DNA of 64,000 bases from Podarcis vaucheri (taxonomy: Eukaryota). The notes beneath the pieces were generated by a model that searched no databases, had not been told where the DNA came from, and saw only the letters and a program-made list of their open reading frames with translations. The stretch lies in the NCBI GenBank assembly GCA_965113315.1, contig OZ220364.1. The stretch is one strand, 5' to 3'. Positions 25,823 through 39,383 of this stretch are shown one piece after another (the stretch's first letter is position 1; the number at the start of each line of letters is the position of its first letter). The position numbers were made by a program, and so were the translations under genes.

Positions 25823-27613
25823 TTGATCCAGCATCTTCTGTGCCTGTTAAGCCTGATAGCAGTAATATTAATGGCAGCTGAGTGCAGGGACTTTGGTGAG
25901 TGGTTAGGGGTAAAATGGTGCTGTCCAGAGAAAATTAAAGTTTACTTGTAGGAATGGGAGAACTGGGATCTACTAACTTCTTGGAGGAAACTCCCAGCTT
26001 AGACAGGCAAACCCATGAAATGAGCATAACATAGAGTCCCCTTGGCTTCATTGGATGTCATAATTGGCCAGCTCAGTAAGGTGCAGGGCCTCTCTGGATG
26101 GTTAGCATGATAGAGACAGTTTCTAAACTATTAAACCATCACTGTTCCTATTTTCAAATGAGGGTTAGCTGCATGTGGATGTGCTGGACAGCAGAACTAG
26201 TGAAGGGAAAGGGTCAGACTGGATGCCTACATACCACTGAGGTATGCAGGGAAATTGTGGGTCTTGTGTTTTTAAATGGCCTACTACACACATGCCTTCC
26301 CAGTAACCCTCAAAAACAGGCTGAAGACAGTGGTTTCACATGCTCATTACCCTCCAGCTACCTTGAAATGTTAGCAACATAGAGCAGCACCCACACATGA
26401 GTTCTTGGCCCCTGGAGTTGGGAGGTAGGCTAAAGGCCAGTCTGGTGTGTATTTTCTGTGCCCATTGCTGGATTGGGAAAAGGAATTGGCTTTGGAGAAT
26501 GCTCTGTTCTGATTAGTACATTCCTTGGGCTCAATTTGCTCTCTGCAAAGGCCATTTAACCAGCAAAATGTAATGCTTCCTCACTGTGTAAAGCTGGGGG
26601 CAGAGGCGGCATTAGCTCCAAACTTTCCCCTCCTTCAAGTTCTTTAAAAAGCAAGGAGGAATGCCATGTTGTGCTTCAGAGGACAAGAGAAAGGAAAAAC
26701 AGGTGTCCATTCTCCAAGCCCAGCTCCTCTACAGCCCTCTGCTTGAGCAGGGCATTTTTCTCCTTTTTCCCCTTGCCCTTTTCCTTCTCACTCTGTGAAT
26801 ATCTTTCACACATCTACATGTAGAAAAGGAATGGGATATAACAACAACAAAAAAGGAGATAAATACACAAACCGCAAAAAGTGCCATGGGTCTTGATTTG
26901 TACACATATGTATCATATGTGTACAAACCTGAGTGTGCATATAATATATAACAGTGTGCCCCTTTATTACCTGCTTAGACATGTGTCAGTAAAGTGAAAC
27001 TGGAAGTCTTGATGCTTCCTTTTCTGCATATCCAGATAACCTGTGAAGACTCTTCTTCATATACATCTTTCTATACGTTTATTTTTGCTCATAATCTCTA
27101 TAGTGTTTCTGGCTTAGTGCTTTGGCTTTTTGGACTGCTGCAGCATGAATTTTTAAATGGGAGTTAAATGCTCTCATGAGAGTTAAAACAGGCACATTGT
27201 CAAATACTAGATTTGTTAAAATGTACAGCAATTTTGGAACGGCATCCTCTTCTTAGTTAAGATACTTTTTCCTTTTTTAAACTTGACATTTAACAAAATT
27301 AAATCCTCTGCAGCAGTGTTAATTTTGAGGGAGCAGTGTATAGCCCTTAAGTATAAATACTTCTTAAGGCAGTTGTGCTCAAGTATTTCAGAGATGGTGG
27401 AATGATCTGAGCCTTTTCAGACAGAAATGCATTCTCAGAGATGGTCTTTGTCATGATTTAGGATTGTTTTTTGAAGCAGGTCATTTCTTAGTATGGAAAG
27501 TGGATTGCTCATAGCTATCACCAGTCTCATTTGTAACTGTAATGCTAAGAAGGAACCATCTTACTGTAATCATTTTGCGTCAAATACTACCATCATTCAT
27601 TACTTTCTATCAG

Positions 27614-27679
27614 TGCCTCACCCTATGGAGGAACCAGCACTGCCCATCCGCATTGAGGAGGGGACAGAAGTTCCAACGG
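27614..27679 (+). other. Candidate 5' exon of SLC6A6 containing an in-frame upstream ATG (27625)
   Basis: tactttctatcag|TGCCTC...AACGG|gtgagt; 66 nt, purine-rich; ATG in frame with 41009 if spliced to 40998. Confidence 0.5.
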
Positions 27680-30600
27680 GTGAGTGCAGCTAAGGTGGGA
27701 TGCTTGTGAAATGGGGGGGAGGCATGTTTGTACATGGAGCTTGATGCCTCGTTTGTGTTTATCCATATGTCACTGAGAATTCTAGGAATGTTATCTGCAA
27801 ACATTTACATCATTTTTGTCCCGTCCCCCCCAATGTGCTATGTTGGCAGTTCCAGCCCTCAGATGATCTACAGAAAAGTTGCACCATTTCCAGTCACCCA
27901 CTATGCTTCTGCCACATCCCATCATTACATCCGGACTTTGCAGCTCTCATAATTTTATTGCCAGTCTAAGGGGTGTGGGCATTTATAACTATTCAGCTTG
28001 CAAAGAATGAGGTACACTCCAGAGTATGTGGCCCCATTGATAGGAATGTCTAAGTTGCCCTGGATTGCTCACAATATTTTACAAATATTCCAGTAGATGA
28101 CATAGTTTTCTTCCTTAAATTTTGAATAATTGCTCTTTATTCTGTCTTTTCTGAGAAATTGTCTGTCATAATGAACATATGTAGGGGAACATAGGAAGAT
28201 AATAAAACCGACAAATGCTTAAAGCAGAAAAATGTTACTTACCTGTTACAGAAGGCACACATATAATTCTTCTACTTGAGGGGAGAATAATTCACCCAGA
28301 ATAATTTACTGTTACAGCATTTCAGATTAGATTTATTGGGCAACATACATAATGGAAATTTGCTTGTGCAACAGGACTAACACTTTCTTTTCTCTTTTCC
28401 ACCCTGCAGCCCCCCCACCCCCAAAATTTGCTCCAGAAGATTCCCCCAACACACCAGAGCAGATACTGGGGCCATTTGTGGGGGGAGGCTGCAGGGGAGA
28501 GGAGAGAGGAAGGGAAAGCTTTGTTGTGCAAGCTGACACTCACTGCATTGAATCTCTCCCTTTTGTTTAAAATCTGGGTTCACCTCATTGGAGTCAGATA
28601 AGGATACTATCAAAATGAGGAATGCTTTATTCTGAATTTTGATCGAAAGCACCTTTGACTTCCTTAAAAAGCAGCACAAAATCCATGTTTATTGAAAACT
28701 GCTGTCATCCCCCAATCACTCATGCTTTGTCTTATTTCCCTGTTCTGCAAGCAAACTGGAAAAATATGCATTTAATTTTATTTTTTAAAGTCTCATTTTC
28801 TGTTGTTTTGCTTTTGTAAAGATGTTGCCATAGCAAACTTCATTCACATCTCCATAGCATTATTATTATTATTAGTAGTAGTAGTAGTAGTATGAAATTG
28901 CAAACATTTTCCATTTGGTCATAGTTTCATTTTTCTGCCACAAGGTAAAAGAATAAAAATTCAAAATGCAAATTGCATACTAAAGGTTGAGTGACCATAA
29001 CCATGGATATCCATTAATTTTGTTCAGACTGGTTGCTTTGTACCCTCTTCAAATTAATGTTGTGGTTCTGCATGCTTCTGAAGTGCAAAAAGTGTGTGCG
29101 AGATTAACACAAACTAAATATAAATAATGGTATCAAAAGCATTGTCTGAAATCAGTGGCAACTAATAGAAGAGATAAACAATTTCTTTCTGTCTTTCTTG
29201 CTTTCTTTCACAGTAATTTTCAGTATAGGTTTTTACCACTTCTTGGTAAGAATGTTCAGGGCAAGTAGGCTCCATGTACCATGACAGAGCCGGACAGTTC
29301 TTTTTCTTGATTCAGGAACTGATTCCACATTCACTCAAGTGAAACTCCTAACTGAAGTCAAAATTAAAATCAGTGGCTTTGTTGCTGTTGTTGTCTATAG
29401 GTGAAAGTGTAGGTTAAGTTCTCTGTTTGCAAATTCTGCTTTGCAAAGCATGGTATATAGAAGTGGGCTGCATGTTTCGGTTTCTTAGAGAAATGAAATG
29501 CTTATTTTAATCCTGATCTGATTAGCCAACAGAAGGATTTGCAAAAAGCAACAGCGTAGCATTTTCTTGCATCTGATTGCCAAAGTTTTTGTTGGTAATA
29601 AATATTGTGCTGAAAATAATTTTCTGATTTAAAAATGGATCTTCTATCACACATTCTTCAGGAAAACTGTTAAGAATTACACAGATGGCTAGTGACTTAT
29701 ATGACCCCAAGGTTATATGCAGAAGATTTGAAATTTGGAAATAATTGGTAGACCCATAAGTATAGTAAAATATATTCCTATTACAGAATCATTTTAACTA
29801 TACGAATAAATGTTTCCTAATCTTAAATGCTTATAGACATAAAGGGCACCCCTATGCATGTAGGCCCCATTGACTTCTAATTGGGACTTGCTCCTAGGTA
29901 CATATGCATAGGATTTCAGATAAACAACACATACATAGGTCCTAGGCTCCTCTACAACCAGCTTCCTTACTAATCCAGTGTTTCCATTCAGCTATCCATC
30001 CTTCCTACTCCCTTTTCCCAGGCTTGTGGAGAGTTTATAGTCTTGCTATCCCTTGGTCCCAAAGGATTTCCCTGGCTTCTTCCCATATAAGAAGGATTGA
30101 GAGATGCCAGTTGGCACACTTTCTGACTAGGGAGGGGAAGTTGTAGTGGAGTGTGTGCCTCAGGAAGTAGTGGCAGGTGCTCAGTTGGGGCAGTGGTCAT
30201 ATGTAACAGATGACTACTCCCTCACCACTTTGAGCATATCTGTGCCACAGTCATAAATTGTTCTTGGGCACCATGGCTTTAGCCAAGTGTTATCTTATTG
30301 ATGCTGAGTGTTGGTGATCCCAGAAGTGCTTTTTCTAGGATTTATTTGGATACGGTTTAAGGTCATGCCAGAACCATTTCTAGTGTGCAATGCAATGGTT
30401 TAGTGAGACCGTGCAACTGTGTGGGCTGCTGGAGAAGAGCTCACAGCCACTTTTCTCCTCCAAATTCTTCCTGCCATGCTGAGCAAAGCCAAGGTTTGAG
30501 TTAGTGTGCCATCGAAACTGGGACTTGTGGTTAGGTTCCACTTACCCACAAGTTGTAATCAAGGCTTGTATTTTGTTATAGCTCTTGGTTAGTGAGGATA

Positions 30601-31845
30601 GGATCTTAACCACAGAGTCCTGGTTTGGTTGGCATGATAAACTAAGCCTGCTTGGCATGGTGCAAAAGAACTAGGAAGGAGCAAAGCAGCTGCAAACCCT
30701 TCTCCAGGAATCTGTACTCCTTTGGTCTGGGTAAGTCAAGGTTTGGTTTAACTTGTCATGTGCAACCAGCCAGTCTCTCAGCCACATTCTCACATACCCA
30801 TTAAGTAGCTACTTACTTAAGTCTCTGGAGTAATTAAATTAGTCATGATGCTGTTGCCGCATAAGAAAGGAGGGGGGGTGATGAGACTGGAAATAAGAGG
30901 AGAAAGTGTCTTGAAGCAGTAGCAGGGGCTCACTTAGCATGTCAAAGGGCACCCTATGAATGCTACTTGTTTAAAATCAGGGCAGGAGTAGCCATTTTAA
31001 TGTACCATCTTGCTAAAGGTGCAGTGGAGAATCCAGTGAGTGGGTGAGCTATGGAGAGTGAGAAATCAACGTTGACTCTAGGCAGTGAGTCAGTCTGTTC
31101 TGTACCCACATAAGTGCATAAACAGTAGGCTTCTGTCTTCTTTGCTGCTGTTTCACCATCAGCGTGCATGTGTGTGGCTAGGAAAGTAAGGAAACAACAG
31201 ATGAGAGTTTTTTTGAGGTGTGTGTGTGTGTGTGTTTCTGCTGTTTTGCCACTCAGAAAAGAACAAGTAGTTCAGTGTGAGTTTCCTCACTAGCAGGTTT
31301 ATGTAGCTTAGAGCATTTTCTCTGTAGAAACATCCTGATCCCTTTCTGTTTCACCTTTTGTTCCCAGCATTCTGGTGACTGACCATAGAACTTCATTTCC
31401 TCTTTCAAATATGATAAAATCTAGTTTCTGTTCAGTTGTTTCTTTTCTCTTTTCCCCTAAATGGAAGCCCAACTCTAAATGAAGCAAATTGTAGCAGACT
31501 TCATAAAGAAAGATGTTATCAGACACCTTCAAGATATATCCATTAGCTGTTATTGGTTCTTTTTATCATCCCAGTAGCTCTGATCTGTACTTCCATTTGT
31601 CTGTACCCACAAACCATGACATTTGCCTTGGTGACTGAGTGGCAACTGAAGTAACGTATCCTAGTTGTCATGAATGTGTGAAGCGGCTAGTCCTCAAAGC
31701 TTCGCTTCCTGACTGGTAGCAGCCATCCATAATCTCAGATGGCTTTTCGTCCTTAGCCATGCCACTTGAGATATTTAACACACACACCTAGAAATCCCAG
31801 GGGCAGAATCCATAATCATTTTTATGTGCTTTACCACTGGTATAC

Positions 31846-32005
31846 CTTCATCAGCACAATTGGATGCCTTCATCTGTCCCAGCTGCAACAGAATATGCTT
31901 CTCCCCTATTGGCCTCTGCAGCCACAGCAGGTGCTGTAACTCTAATGCTTTGACTTCATCCCTGAAGACTCACTCCTTCATTATTTCCCGATGGATGCCA
32001 ACCAA
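31846..32005 (+). mobile_element. RTE-clade LINE 3' remnant
   Basis: Encodes FICPSCNRICFSPIGLCSHSRCC, resembling the RTE C-terminal C2H2-like finger (CxxCxRxCxSRIGLxSHxRxC). Confidence 0.65.
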
Positions 32006-33575
32006 CCACTGAGCTGTGGCCCTGTTTCCAGTTTTAGAGCAGATCACATTGTTAGTGATGCAATGAAATCTCTAATAATACACTAGATTTGCTGTGTAAC
32101 TGTACTGTGTAACCTGGGATGGTTGCTCTTAATAGGGGCCAACATGAAGATGTTAACAGTGCCTGCCCACATTGTTTCTGCATCTCTTCCCATTGTGCCA
32201 CACAAAATACATTTCCGTCTGTGATTGTCAGGGCAATGGAATGATTCTGACGTTGCATGCTGTGACATCATTGTCAGGCAAAGTGTGCTCTGGTTGTGGA
32301 TGGGAAAGTGGCCTGAAGAACAAGTCACTGATGCAGATAGTTGATGGTGGCACATAATGAGCTGAAATGAAATAGAAACAGAAGACATTCAGATGTACTC
32401 CAGGCAATATTAAATGTGTGTGAATAGCATTTGTGAGCGCCTGCCTTCTGTGTATCCCAGAATTTTAAATAAGAGGCACTTGTCATTTGAATTGCACCTA
32501 ATACTGTAAGTTTTTCAGGTGCAGTTAGTCGCCTCTGAAATTTTTTCCAGCACCAAACAGTAACATTTTGCACTCTTGCATCTGGAGTGATGATGTAATG
32601 ATCAAAGCAGCAGTTTATCAAGAGAAAGCAGCAGGAAGCTTGTGCTCCTTTCTGGATTATTGTCAATCATTAGCCTTTTAGCTAGCTCACCCCCAGGGGT
32701 GTTAATTGAGATCAGAAGTTGGTTTGTTATGAACAAAAACAACCTTTAACCAGGCCACTTCTCCTTACTGAATTAACAATACTTGCAGCAGGATATAACA
32801 GCTTTCAGTCCTTCATCTGTATTCTGTTGATGCCTGCCACCATTTCTTTCCTGCTCTGTTAGTTTATGGAAGCAGTCCTGATGCCTAAAGAGTGTGGTGT
32901 TGTTTTGACTCTGGAGAGCAATGAAAGGGAAGCCTAGATGTCCTGTTTCTGGGACAGTGTCTGATAGTGAGTGTATTCCAAGCACACCTACTTCAAAGAT
33001 CCATTCCTTTCATAGTATGGAAAACATGTCTTCAAACAGATTTATGTGGTGAATTTTGTCTCCACTTAATATATCCACACTTTCTCAGGAACAATTCTTG
33101 GGATCTCATGATGGTTTAAAAATGTGTACTGCATCTGTGAAGAGCCCAGCTTTTATGTGACATTGGGTTTGTTTGGGTGATCATGACTTGGCGAAGATAT
33201 GAACAAGCTTTTTGCCTGCTTAGGTAGCCCCATAACACCTCCTTTTATTCAAGCTGCAGGTCTCCAATTAGCCCACAATTTCTCATATTAACTGGGAAAC
33301 TATGGTTATCACCCTTGGAACAAGCCAGGATCTTAAACCATGGTTATTAAACTGAGACACAATGTGTCTTTAGGGAATCCCAGGTAATATTACATGCAGA
33401 CAATAATGACAAGATGAATTGACGCATAGCATGGTAGGGCCAATCTGGAGGTGACAGGTGGGCAGCTTTGATACTAAAGAGCCTCAGTTTAACACTGCAA
33501 GCTTTGCACTTTTTGGCTAAATTACAGCCTAAACATGTTTGGCAAGCTAGGATGACTCTGTGCTATCTGCTACAG

Positions 33576-33824
33576 CATGGGTAGGCAAACTAAGGCCCAG
33601 GGGCTGGATCCGGCCCAATCGCCTTCTAAATCCGGCCCGCAGACAGTCCGGGAATCAGCGAGTTTTTACATGAGTAGAATGTGTCCTTTTATTTAAGATG
33701 CATTTCTGGGTTATTTGTGGGGCATAGGAATTCATTCACCCCCCCCCCCCAATATAGTCTGGACCCTCACAAGGTCTGAAGGACAGTGGACCGGCCCCCT
33801 ACTGAAAAAGTTTGCTGACCCCTG
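33576..33824. mobile_element. Non-autonomous hAT element
   Basis: Imperfect TIRs CATGGGTAGGCAAACT / AGTTTGCTGACCCCTG, 8-bp TSD TGCTACAG. Confidence 0.9.
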
Positions 33825-35068
33825 TGCTACAGGAAAGTGCTACTTTAGGCAAGATAGGATGACTGTGCTATTTGCTACAGGAAAGTGCTACTTGCTCGTT
33901 TCTGCCTCTTACTCATTTATGAGCACTGTTCTGTTCCAGCATTATTAGCCAGTCAGATTATGGTGTCTGATCTTACAGTATAAGCCTTCATAGAACATTA
34001 AGCTGAAATGATGAGAACCTAGCTAAATAAAAAGAGTTGTGTCTTGTGCTTGTACTGGTTTAACTAAACCATCACACCTCCGTGAGATGATCACACTGAT
34101 CTCATTACTTCCCCTGCTTATATGTACAAAAGCATAGTGTGTTAATTATACAGATGAAAAGGGCAAGGGGTCTTACCCATGCCTAGATAATTTCAAATAC
34201 TGGTGCAGTGTGCATTGCCATTTTGCTCATTAAGATGTAAGTTCTTTACATTTCCTCACAATTGAAGATTTTTTAATCCTTTCCACTGCTTCTACACATA
34301 CAAAGACATGAGACATTGTGATATAAGCAACTTTCACTCTAGGAGTTTGCAGTTCATAGTACGCTTTGCTTGTACTTTGAAACATCCTCAGTTCATTGCA
34401 GAGCAGCACATAATGAAAAATAAAACAGATAAGCAGAAGGCAGTATAAATGCCATGTGGCAATCTGCTTGGAAGGTGCATTAAGATAAACGAGATAAGTA
34501 AAACTGAAGCATGTTCTTTCAAAATAGCAAAGCCCAGAAGTTTTTGCTGTTCATTATACAGTGGAAAGGAGTGAGTCCTCTAGTAATGTGTGTGCTTAGT
34601 AGTTAATGTTTTGTTTAAAATCTCTGGCTCCCAAAATTACTAGGAGGCAAAAGAAATTGCTGGCAAACCTAGAGACCACCCATCTTGGTTCTAGTGTGTG
34701 TTTTGATCACTGAGGTTTTGGATTACTAAATTATGTGAATGTGCCTTGGGGTCATGCGTGCCTCTCTCCCTGGTGCAGCTGCAAGGAAGCTTGAGCTTTC
34801 ATTTTCAACTATCCTCAGTTCCATTTTTTAGTTGGCCACATTTCAGCGTTATGCCTGAAAGTAGATAAACCGGCTAGTCTTAGCTATGCTTTAACGAGAC
34901 AAGCCCACCAAACCATGGTTTATGAAGCTGTGTTGTTTCACTCAACCAAATACCAATTCCAGTCTTGGTAGGAGTGGATGCCATTGCTTATGTAGCCAAA
35001 ATGGTTCTATCCATTTACAAAAGGAAATAATCAGCAGGCTTGGGGGAACCTCATGGTTTGCAGAAATA

Positions 35069-35310
35069 CAGTGGTACCTCGGGTTACATACGCTTCAGGT
35101 TACATACGCTTCAGGTTACAGACTCCGCTAACCCAGAAATAGTACTTCAGGTTAAGAACTTTGCTTCAGGATGAGAACAGGAATCGCGTGACAGTGGTGT
35201 GGCAGCAGTGGGAGGCCCTATTAGCTAAAGTGGTGTCTTGGGTTAAGAACAGTTTCAGGTTAAGAACGGACCTCCAGAACGAATTAAGTATGTAACCAGA
35301 GGTACCACTG
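35069..35310. mobile_element. Tc1/mariner MITE, same family as 4769-4999
   Basis: Same TIRs and internal sequence, TA TSD, extra GGTTACAnACGCTTCA subterminal unit. Confidence 0.9.
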
Positions 35311-37158
35311 TACACACATTTGATTCTTTAGGGGGAAATAATCTAAGGAGTGGGGAGCCCCACACAGGGTGGGAACCCCTGCCTGATGAGGATTGAGCAT
35401 GCTCATTGGCTGTGGAAAGCTGACTGACGGAAGGATAAATTGAAAATGGGGGTGAGATGGAATACAGTGGCTAGAATCCTGAAGAAGGAGCACTCTATGC
35501 TTCAACATTTTTTGAAGGTCCCACTTATAGTTGAGATTAAGTTTTGGGTTTGGCTGTGATGAATGCTAAACTGCAGCTAATTGAAAACAGAAGTGAACGT
35601 TTCTGATCTCATAGCTGTGCCAGAGGCTGGAGGTGGAAAGGTGGGAAGAAGAGCATGAGCCTGTGGGTGCAATGCAAACCAGAACTGACAGAGGTAATGT
35701 CAGCAGATTTTCCCAGAGTATTTAATGCTCATGACTGATAGTTTAGTGGGACACTGCTAGTTATTGAATGGTTTGCTTAGAGCCTGGAAGCAGAGATGAC
35801 GTCTTATTACTAAGAATAAGGATGTGTTTGGGGAGCCAAAGAGAAACAAAGCCATATCTTACTGATTATGTAATAATCCCTCTTTGTAATGTCATTGAAA
35901 GTTCTGGACAATTGCTCTGAATTTGATGAACAGACTTGGATACTCACCAGTAAAACAACAACAGGATTTGGCCTGGATATCCCCCCCCCCCTCCACCCAG
36001 TTTTTGTTTTTGAAGGAACTTGCCTTTGGCTGCACTCAGACTTGCTTCTATAAATGGTGGCTTTGGCTCTCTTCATTGTTCAGCCATCTTAAGTGTTTTT
36101 GGCCAAGCCCTTGTTTTCTGAAAGGAAAGCAGACATGTGTCTCCTAGAAGCTGGCATGTTCTTTAGAAGTAGAATTGCCCATTTTATTCTCCATGAATTT
36201 GAGTTATATTTAAACATAGAGTTTCTGTCTTTGAATTACTTTGTTTCCTATTAGCTGATATTGAAATAATAGCTCTGGTTTCCAGCATGCAAAATGCCTT
36301 CCAGCTTCATATCAGCTTGTTGATTATTATCTCTTAAAAGGCATTGTAGTTTAATGCAGTGGAATAAAATCACAGGAAATTAAAAACAAATCCTATTAAT
36401 GTTCAGGACAATGCCTTTCATTAAACACACACAGTTTTCTTGGAATTTTCCTCAACTGTGCAGTGCCTTGAACCACCTCCTTTTCATCTTCTCTTGGAAT
36501 TTCCTGTAATTGGCAATAGTCAGGAGACCATGGGTGGGCCATAGGGTTAAGTCTGAGATATGAGCACAATAAAGGGTAGCATTTTAAGAAGTTTGTTTAT
36601 GTCATAATATAGAATTGTGGTACTGCTCAGTGTGATTGTTATGGGGATGATCTGCAAAACAGTTTATGAAAAAAACGGGCCCTCAGATTTTGTCAGTTCA
36701 AAGCAGGAATCTGTTTGAAGACTCCTTAGACACTTTAGTTTAGTTACACCAAGAAGTCACACAACTAGCATGAGTTAATTGCAAGCATTGCTCTATTTGT
36801 GTTGTGATGCCCGAAAGCACTTGATGCTTGTTGAAGTGAACTTATTCTGGCCAGTCTCACCGTATTTTTTCAGTCCAAACAAATGTTCCCTGTTAATTCA
36901 AGAAGTAAGAACATCCAGTCAATCTGGAAAAGCACACTTTTAAAATCAAGGACCTGCTAATTTAACCCAGATTCTTACATTGATTCCCCCCTGCAAATAG
37001 ATTTTATTAAAGCTTAGGTTCTGGCATTCATTTTTGATGTGACAAAGTCATTGCAAGGTTTTTAAATTTCTTACCTCCACAAACTTAAGTGTGGTCCTCC
37101 CAACTAAACCTTCCTCTTCCTTAAAGTCCACTGTATGTTCCAAAAGACTGAAATAGGG

Positions 37159-37338
37159 GAGGGTTGCCATATTTCAAAAAGTAAAAACCAGCACACCCCA
37201 AAATTGTTGACTTAAAAAAACAAAACTCCCCATTTCTTTCCCCCCTTTTTTTACAAAAACACAAAAAACCTCGCAATTTTGTAATTGCCTTTGAAATCCT
37301 GGTAATGTCCAGGAAAATCCAGACGTATGGCAGCCCTA
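37159..37338. mobile_element. hAT (Tip100-like) MITE
   Basis: TIRs AGGGTTGCCATA / TATGGCAGCCCT; TSD degraded. Confidence 0.65.
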
Positions 37339-39254
37339 GAAAAGGGTGGTGGATGATAGATCTCGAATACATTTGGGGCTTTGGAGTAGGCAGAGGTAGG
37401 CAAGATGTTCAGCAGGCAAGATTAAGGTGGACATTCACATACCTGCCCCAAAGAGGAAATTCCTCACTATAAAAGAGGGCACTGATTCACCTATGCTAAT
37501 TTATATGGGTAGACGGAAATTTCAGAATAGTGACAGAGCTCAACCTCAAGAGGAAGGGGATGTCTCATGCCACACACTGAACTCTGATTCAGATGAAAGC
37601 TATTGTAGGACATATATTTCTTCTACTTGTTGCCTCAGTTATACAAAGCCATGACCTATTACTTTCTATAATATCTCTACTTTAAAGTTGTTCAAAAATT
37701 CAAATGTATTGAATAAAGTGAAACTAATCTTTGAAGAGGACCATTGCAAATGAGAGGTTCCAATTTGCTGTTCTCCATATCTACTAGTGTAGCTATAATT
37801 ATACATACTTAATTACTGGTTAAGATTCAGTGTCTAATATGTCAGCCTGCCAGCTCTTATTCTGTAACATCATCGTTCCCATACTAAAGCAACCCTTTGA
37901 AACAAGTTGGCTAGACATGTTAATTGACAATCTGTTACCTGGCATTCAGTGTTGCATATGGTCTGTTTAGGCACACTTGAAAAGATTAGATTAAAATGGC
38001 TCCAATAAACTTTTTCCAGATAATAGCATCATGAAAAGCAAATATATTTCCCCTCCAAACCTTATTAAAAATTTTTTATGAGAGTGTCTTATTGTTGGTT
38101 GTAAGCAAGACCTGAGGCAGTAAGGCAAGTTCCATTGTTTCCCTCCAGATATGGTTTAGCTAATCTGCATGGTTTATGAAAAGGTTTTCATCTGCATGGT
38201 TACATTGATGCATATCAATCTCAGAATCATGTTCCAGTTGCAGATTTCATGCCAAACTAATGCCAACCCTAGTTTCAGGTCATTGCCATGCAAGCTAAAT
38301 CTGTTTACAGATCAGAAAGCAGCAAATTAATTCCAGGTTTTCACTGTGATAATATGAACTAAGTTTTTGTGGTGACACTTGCACAAACAAATAAAAACAT
38401 TGTTGAAGTCTTAAATAAATGAACTGCTTTGCATAAGCCCAATAAAAACTTAAGTGTTTTCACTAATAAAGCACCATGTAAAATACAAACAGATCTGCAG
38501 TGCAGTCCTATGCACATTTACTCGGAAGTAAGTCCTATTGTGTCCAGCATGATCTATTTAGATGGTTTAAGCCCGAGGTATTAATGTCTTCTATCATGAA
38601 TGTTAGGTTTAAGTGTTTACTAGCTATATCTCTTTCTATCAGTGTTATATTTTAAACTTTCTAGATTTAAATCATTGCCCTCATCCAGCAGTCATCTTCT
38701 GCATGTTGGTAGGATTATTTGCATGTGTTGATTCCAATGTAGGATCATCAAGCAAGCTTAAAAAATGATGGAAAGTCCATTATGTGCCTTTCCATTCACA
38801 CAACCCGGTACAGAATAACTCTCCAATTGGAGGAAAAATAAGCCATGTGACACAGATACGAAGACTGGATTAGATTGACTGCCCTTCTAATATATAAGAG
38901 CACAAGTATGCAGAAATGAGGACAACCTAGGCTGCCTATGCGTGCCTGGTCTCTGCAATGAATGGAAGTTTACTTTAGCGCTCCAGTGTAAATGGCATAC
39001 CTCCCACAGCTTCCACATTTGAATCTGATAAAATGTGGCCTGTTTTGAACATGCACTTTGGATGAAATCTTGTGCGTGTTTATCTTCCATTTTTAAAAAT
39101 CTAACATATATAACACAAGTATGTGTGTGTACGCATGTGCCCCTGGATATATATATATATATATATATATTTGCTTTCGTAGATTTTCACGGGTACAGGA
39201 ATGCAGGTTTTGGTGTCTTCGGGTGTCTTCCCGTGTAAGAGTCGGGGTGTCTGT

Positions 39255-39292
39255 GCGACGTTTCGACGAGGTCTCACTCGTCATCTTCAGGC
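39255..39292 (-). ncRNA. Minimal hammerhead ribozyme motif, antisense mirror copy
   Basis: Exact reverse complement of 39346-39383. Confidence 0.6.
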
Positions 39293-39345
39293 TGGTGCTT
39301 TCGGCTTCTTGTTACTGGAACAGTAACAAGAAGCCGAAAGCACCA

Positions 39346-39383
39346 GCCTGAAGATGACGAGTGAGACCTCGTCGAAACGTCGC
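39346..39383 (+). ncRNA. Minimal hammerhead ribozyme motif, sense to the SLC6A6 pre-mRNA
   Basis: GC-CTGAAGA-T-GACGAG(TGAGAC)CTCGTC-GAAA-CGTC^GC; GUC triplet ending at 39381; stem I only 2 bp. Confidence 0.65.

Noticed and set aside
31824-32012. Small zinc-finger gene
   Set aside because: Matches the degenerate C-terminal finger of an RTE LINE; no exon context
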